NCBI GenBank assembly: GCA_963800585.1
Contig: CAWDBP010000014.1
Location: 116,413-180,412 of the forward strand
DNA length: 64,000 bases
DNA from: an uncultured Bacteroidales bacterium
GTDB lineage: Bacteria > Bacteroidota > Bacteroidia > Bacteroidales > FEN-979
Reading direction: 5' to 3'
Positions within the stretch are counted from its first letter, which is position 1, and each line of letters begins with the position of its first letter. The notes beneath the pieces are model-generated. The model saw only the letters and a list, made by a program, of their open reading frames with translations. It made no database searches and had not been told where the DNA came from. The position numbers were made by a program, and so were the translations under genes. Positions 59,724 through 64,000 of this stretch are shown here, one piece after another.

Positions 59724-61508
59724 TTATAACATTATTATCAGCACTTCTATTTTTCCGTTCCTCAGCACTTCAACATTGACGGTTTGACCTTGTTTCAGTT
59801 TTCCCAGGCGTGACATATATTCATAAATGTTGCCAACCGACAATCCGTTGATGGAAACAATAATATCGCCTTTCAGCATTCCTCCTCTGTATGCCGGGCC
59901 ATCTTTTGTGACACCATCAACCCTTAATCCTTTTTTCTCTGTTCCTGCAAAATCAGGCATGATCCCGAGGGTTACCTTCATCCGGCGCCCTCCCCTTCCA
60001 TAACCTTCCTTTTTGCCCGATTCATGAAAAGTCAGGTCTTTTGGCAGGTTATCAACATTCATGATGAGGTTATAACTGAAATCGCCGATCTCTTTCTCTT
60101 TTTGATAATCCAGTTTATCGGCCCTGTCAAAAGGGGTATGATAATCCATATGGGAACCGGTTGTAAAGAAGAAGACAGGAATATTGGAGGCATAGAACGA
60201 GGCATGGTCGGAAGGTCCGTAACCGTCGGGCGAATGGGTGACGGTAAACGGGAGATCTTTTTCATAGATACGGATTATTGAATCGGCCTCAAGCGAAGTC
60301 CCGGTACCGCTTATTGAGATTGAACTTTTCTCTTTATCGAAACGGCCTACCATATCGAAATTGAACATGGCTTTTATCTTTTTCATGTCAACTGGTGAAT
60401 GATCGGTAAAATATTTTGATCCCAGCAGCCCCATCTCCTCTCCGCTAAACGAAATCAGGATAATACTTCTCTTCAACCGATTTTTCTCAGGCGCCAGTTT
60501 CCCGGCAAGTTCAATTACCATCGCCGTTCCCGATGCATTATCGTCGGCGCCATTGTGAATGGCAACCGTATCGGGCATCCTGGAACCTGAACCCGGACCG
60601 CCAAAACCCAGATGGTCATAATGACCTCCTATGACAATATATTCATCTTTTAAAACAGGATCGTTTCCTTCAATCATGCCGATTACGTTCTTTGTCCTTG
60701 CTTTTTTCTGTATAAGCTCGGCAGATGCAGAAACTACCACAGGAAGTACGAGGGTTTTGGGTTTTCTTGTTTTATTAAGGATCTTTTCCAATGAATCCAG
60801 TTTAAATCCGGATGACTTTAATAGCAGATTCCCCACCTCCCTTTTAATATTAATTACCGGGATACCTGAAGTAACGTCATTATTTTCCGAGTGAAGTCCG
60901 ATAAGTTTATCGTCTTTATCCACTGCAACCGGTGTAACTATCAAAACACCTGCAGCGCCATGGTCTTTTGCCACCAGCACCTTTCCCCTGATCTCGGTAA
61001 AGGGGATAAATTTACTTTCATTATTATCCAGTTCGGGGTCGCCCCTGAATAGCATTACCCATTTTCCTTTCACATCCAATCCTTCGTAATCTTTCCACTT
61101 CAGGCTGTCCTGGTCGATGTCAAACCCATATCCAACAAAGACGACGTTACTATTGACAGTCCCGTTTGAAGAATAAGCAACCGGCATGAAATCCTTGTTC
61201 ATAGATCCCACGAAATCATCAAATTTTAGTGCATTATGAGGTCCTGCCGTGACATCAGTCACGATCTCGAAATATTGAAAACCATTGTCACAGATCAGCT
61301 TCAGCCCTGAAGCGATAAACTGTTTGCGAATGTAATTTGCAGCAACATCAGCTTCCTTAGTTCCCGGCTTCCGGCCTTTCAATGAATCGGAAGCAAGAAA
61401 ATAAACATCCGTCTTAAGTTCTTTGGCAGTGATCTCAGGGTTGCGCTGTGCAAAAACAGCGTCGGTAACGAATAACAGGAAAAAGAGAAAAAATTGAATT
61501 CTTTTCAT
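59724..61508 (-). CDS. M28-family metallopeptidase with PA domain and C-terminal PDZ domain
   Basis: 594 aa with a signal peptide. It has an M28 core (VIGGHYDHLG...GADDNASGTA...FSGEEMGLLGS...FNFDMVG) and a C-terminal PDZ-like segment (GMLKGDIIVSINGLSV). Confidence 0.85.
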   Translation of the reverse strand: MKRIQFFLFFLLFVTDAVFAQRNPEITAKELKTDVYFLASDSLKGRKPGTKEADVAANYIRKQFIASGLKLICDNGFQYFEIVTDVTAGPHNALKFDDFVGSMNKDFMPVAYSSNGTVNSNVVFVGYGFDIDQDSLKWKDYEGLDVKGKWVMLFRGDPELDNNESKFIPFTEIRGKVLVAKDHGAAGVLIVTPVAVDKDDKLIGLHSENNDVTSGIPVINIKREVGNLLLKSSGFKLDSLEKILNKTRKPKTLVLPVVVSASAELIQKKARTKNVIGMIEGNDPVLKDEYIVIGGHYDHLGFGGPGSGSRMPDTVAIHNGADDNASGTAMVIELAGKLAPEKNRLKRSIILISFSGEEMGLLGSKYFTDHSPVDMKKIKAMFNFDMVGRFDKEKSSISISGTGTSLEADSIIRIYEKDLPFTVTHSPDGYGPSDHASFYASNIPVFFFTTGSHMDYHTPFDRADKLDYQKEKEIGDFSYNLIMNVDNLPKDLTFHESGKKEGYGRGGRRMKVTLGIMPDFAGTEKKGLRVDGVTKDGPAYRGGMLKGDIIVSINGLSVGNIYEYMSRLGKLKQGQTVNVEVLRNGKIEVLIIML

Positions 61509-61559
61509 TGAAATCAGTTTGAAAGTTTATAAAGTAACAAAGTAAAAATAATTTTTAAC

Positions 61560-61663
61560 TCACCAGTTCACCACGTCACTAGTTCACCACATTTTTTCGC
61601 GTCACGCGTCACGCGTCACGCGTCACGATACTCACCAGTTCACCACGTCACTAGTTCACCACA
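61560..61663 (-). repeat. array H: two copies of a 32-nt block (4 TCACC octamers each) separated by TTTTTTC + (GCGTCAC)x4 + GATAC
   Basis: tcaccagt tcaccacg tcactagt tcaccaca occurs at 61560-61591 and again at 61632-61663. The heptamers cgcgtcacgcgtcacgcgtcacgcgtcacg lie between them. The last 4 codons (NVVN) and the TAG of mnmA lie inside the second block. Confidence 0.95.
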
Positions 61664-62739
61664 TTCTTTATCACCCCACCCCCAATCACCATATCCTCCT
61701 GATAAAAAACAGCAGACTGTCCCGGAGTGATGCCATCATTCGGAACATGAAATGTCACTTTAACAGAATCCGTTTCAAATGGTTCAATCAGGGCAACTGC
61801 TGCATTTTGGGCCGATCTGATCTTCACATTTACCTCCATCGGGCTTTCCAATGATTCAAATGCGATCCAGTTAAGGTCGTTCACAATGAAGGCTGAACCC
61901 ATCACCTCTTCCCGGATTCCAACCACCACTTTGTTATTTTCACTATCCAGACTGAGCACATAAAGCGGTTCAGAAAAAGCAACGCCCAATCCTTTCCGCT
62001 GGCCAATGGTATAGTTCCAGAAACCGTTGTGTTGCCCGAGCACATTTCCTTTGCGATCAACAATATCGCCCGGCTTATCTTTAACGTCGAGCAGGTCCTT
62101 GTAATCACCGCTATAGAAATCCTGGCTTTCTTCCTTCTCCGATAAGGGGATGTTGATCTTTGCAGCTATCTCTCTGACCTCCTGTTTTGTCATTCTTCCA
62201 ATGGGGAACAATACTTTTGAAAGCTGATCCTGGGTAAGCCGGTAAATAAAATAAGTCTGGTCCTTCCTGGGATCGACGCCCTGTTTTAACAGGTAACGTT
62301 TCCTTTGATCATCCCAATCGACGATGGCATAATGACCTGTAGCGAAATAATCAAAATCAAGTCCCTCCATCTTTGCCAACTCAGGAAGCATCCCGAATTT
62401 TATAAACTCATTGCACTTTACGCAGGGATTGGGAGTACGACCCGAAAGGTATTCTTCGCGAAAATAGTCGAGCACCAATGTTTTGTAACGTTGTGAGCAG
62501 TCGAAAACCATGTAAGGAATATCAAGAATGCCAGCAAGTTCCCGGGCTTCTTCAATTTCTTCATTTTCATCCGGGCCATAACAGGCATGCTTTCCTGAAG
62601 GAACCATGCTGGGTTTCCCATCCCAGATCGACATTGTTACGCCGGTAACCTCATATCCCTGTTCTTTCAAAAGATAAGCTGCAACCGAAGAGTCGACGCC
62701 CCCGCTCAGGCCAACGATAACCTTTTTCTTTCCTGTCAC
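61651..62739 (-). CDS. mnmA: tRNA 2-thiouridine(34) synthase MnmA
   Basis: 362 aa with a PP-loop (VIVGLSGGVDSSVAAYLL), the conserved NPCVKCN, and a GTG start. Confidence 0.93.
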   Translation of the reverse strand: MTGKKKVIVGLSGGVDSSVAAYLLKEQGYEVTGVTMSIWDGKPSMVPSGKHACYGPDENEEIEEARELAGILDIPYMVFDCSQRYKTLVLDYFREEYLSGRTPNPCVKCNEFIKFGMLPELAKMEGLDFDYFATGHYAIVDWDDQRKRYLLKQGVDPRKDQTYFIYRLTQDQLSKVLFPIGRMTKQEVREIAAKINIPLSEKEESQDFYSGDYKDLLDVKDKPGDIVDRKGNVLGQHNGFWNYTIGQRKGLGVAFSEPLYVLSLDSENNKVVVGIREEVMGSAFIVNDLNWIAFESLESPMEVNVKIRSAQNAAVALIEPFETDSVKVTFHVPNDGITPGQSAVFYQEDMVIGGGVIKNVVN

Positions 62740-62768
62740 TGATCTGCCCGGTTAAAAATTAAAGGGAG

Positions 62769-62776
62769 CAAAGATA
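62769..62776 (-). promoter_or_regulatory. candidate -7 box (TAnnTTTG) for mnmA
   Basis: The minus strand reads TATCTTTG, 29 nt upstream of the GTG start at 62739. Confidence 0.4.
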
Positions 62777-62803
62777 GTAATTATTTGAGGAGGATGGAGA
62801 TCT

Positions 62804-62880
62804 GAGGACGGAGGTCAGAGGACGGAAGTCAGAGGGCGGAAGCCGGAGGGCGGAAGCCGGAAAATGGAGAATGGAGGAGG
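62804..62880 (+). repeat. purine-rich 7-nt (14-nt higher-order) tandem array, 11 units GARNNNG
   Basis: gaggacg gaggtca gaggacg gaagtca gagggcg gaagccg gagggcg gaagccg gaaaatg gagaatg gaggagg. Confidence 0.9.
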
Positions 62881-62911
62881 ACAGGTCATAAAAGATTAAC
62901 TGGCTTTTTAG

Positions 62912-62919
62912 TACTTTTG
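62912..62919 (+). promoter_or_regulatory. candidate -7 box (TAnnTTTG) for the TA module
   Basis: TACTTTTG, 17 nt upstream of the ATG at 62937. Confidence 0.45.
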
Positions 62920-62936
62920 ATAAAAAATTTGACAAA

Positions 62937-63173
62937 ATGACGTTAAACGCAATAATAAAAGAGATAAAAAATATCCCGGTTAACCGTCTGGAAGAACTTT
63001 ATCAGTTGATTCATTCAATGACGCCTGTATCTGGACATAATGAAAGTCTTCGAAAGAAAATTCTTTCATTTGGTGGCTCCTTTAGCGATTTGAGTAATGA
63101 AGATTATTCTGAGTTTCTTGATCAAACAACAAAAACAAGAATTGAACTTTTTAATCGTGACGCAGAAGTATGA
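62937..63173 (+). CDS. putative type II antitoxin (VapB-position small protein)
   Basis: 78-aa ORF whose stop overlaps the ATG of the PIN-domain gene by 4 nt (ATGA), the classic TA arrangement. Confidence 0.6.
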   Translation: MTLNAIIKEIKNIPVNRLEELYQLIHSMTPVSGHNESLRKKILSFGGSFSDLSNEDYSEFLDQTTKTRIELFNRDAEV

Positions 63174-63508
63174 AGCCATCCATGCTTGACACAGATATTC
63201 TTTCTGAATTTTTGAGAGGCAATCCTAAAGTGATTAAAAAAGTTGATGAACACTTGAAGTTATATGGTTTCATAAGCCTGAGCATCATTACTTATTACGA
63301 AATCTTAAATGGGCTGTTATATAAAGATGCAAGGAAGCAGTTGAAAATGTTTGAAGATTTTGTGAGGCTGAGTAAAGTAATTCCTCTTACTTTACCAATG
63401 GCGAAAAATGCAGCGACAATTTACGCTGATCTAAGAAAAAGGGGTACAGAAATCGGACATACAGATACTTTGATTGCTGCTGGGCGCATCTTCTGTAAGA
63501 GTAGTTGA
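63170..63508 (+). CDS. vapC: PIN-domain toxin VapC, apparently C-terminally truncated
   Basis: MLDTDILSEFLRGN (first acidic residue), ITYYEILNG and HTDTLIAA match a PIN domain. The sequence diverges after LIAAG and stops at 112 aa, so it lacks the usual last acidic motif. Confidence 0.7.
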   Translation: MKPSMLDTDILSEFLRGNPKVIKKVDEHLKLYGFISLSIITYYEILNGLLYKDARKQLKMFEDFVRLSKVIPLTLPMAKNAATIYADLRKRGTEIGHTDTLIAAGRIFCKSS

Positions 63509-63702
63509 AGGAAATTGAGTTTCGGGTTGCTTACCACATTGGTGACGGATTGCTCAGAAATTGTTTTTGTCGGTTCTGAGTTATCTGAAGCAGCAATCGG
63601 CTGGGGTTCCTGAACCTGTTCTTCAATTAAGACAGGTACTTCAGAAGTTGCTTCGATGGGCTCAGGCTCAGACTTTGCAACTTGATTACAGTATTGAAGT
63701 AT

Positions 63703-63966
63703 CTAATTGATGGAATAATATACCCAATCGGTTCCATCAAATGTCATTACTGTGGCTTTACAATAATTTCCAAAATCAGAGTAAGCTATAAACGGTTGTC
63801 CAGATGGGCTGATGACTAGGCTTAAATATCGGACCTTTCCTCTTGAGAAACCTGCATTTCCGACATTCTGCCAATTTCCTTCAGCGGGCAATGATTTGTA
63901 CCGGGGTTGTTGTGCAAAGGAAATAACCTGGAGAAAGACAAGAATAATGAAAAATAGGTTTTTCAA
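63703..63966 (-). CDS. hypothetical secreted protein (may continue past an in-frame TAG)
   Basis: Signal peptide MKNLFFIILVFLQVISFAQQ. The same frame stays open for about 75 codons after the TAG at 63703-63705 (acidic/Pro-rich EPEPIEATSEVPVLIEEQVQEPQPIAASDNSEP). Confidence 0.45.
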   Translation of the reverse strand: MKNLFFIILVFLQVISFAQQPRYKSLPAEGNWQNVGNAGFSRGKVRYLSLVISPSGQPFIAYSDFGNYCKATVMTFDGTDWVYYSIN

Positions 63967-64000
63967 AATGCTTTATTATTTAAAATCTGGTGTCTCCTTC

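Overview
This is a Bacteroidota-type chromosomal window. The evidence is T9SS type A and type B C-terminal sorting domains, a PorP/SprF gene, and TAnnTTTG -7 boxes upstream of many starts. Most genes are housekeeping: purL, trxB, prolyl oligopeptidase, a TolC-adaptor-RND efflux operon, an apparently fused carA-carB, dnaK, panB, an RluA-family synthase, hemD, rnpA, yidD, S41 and M28 peptidases, mnmA and tRNA-Pro(GGG). Interleaved with them are five T9SS cargo genes, one of them a PKD-repeat giant of about 2,700 codons followed by PorP/SprF. The window also holds a divergent pair of GT-C glycosyltransferases, an SDR/sulfotransferase/DUF1214-like cluster, an ORF-containing group II intron and a degenerate VapBC module. 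Two things are not explained by ordinary annotation. (1) Almost every intergenic gap carries tandem arrays with a 7-8 nt period. These are dominated by a TCACC/GGTGA octamer family that abuts or overlaps stop codons, brackets genes as direct or inverted composite repeats, and hosts the group II intron. (2) Reading-frame breaks are concentrated in blocks at about 1-3.5, 14.4-17, 29.8-42.5 and 54.9-56.9 kb. They hit essential genes and alternate with clean blocks, which points to patchy sequence quality, but this cannot be resolved from the sequence alone. I saw no CRISPR array, rRNA or recognisable defence island.
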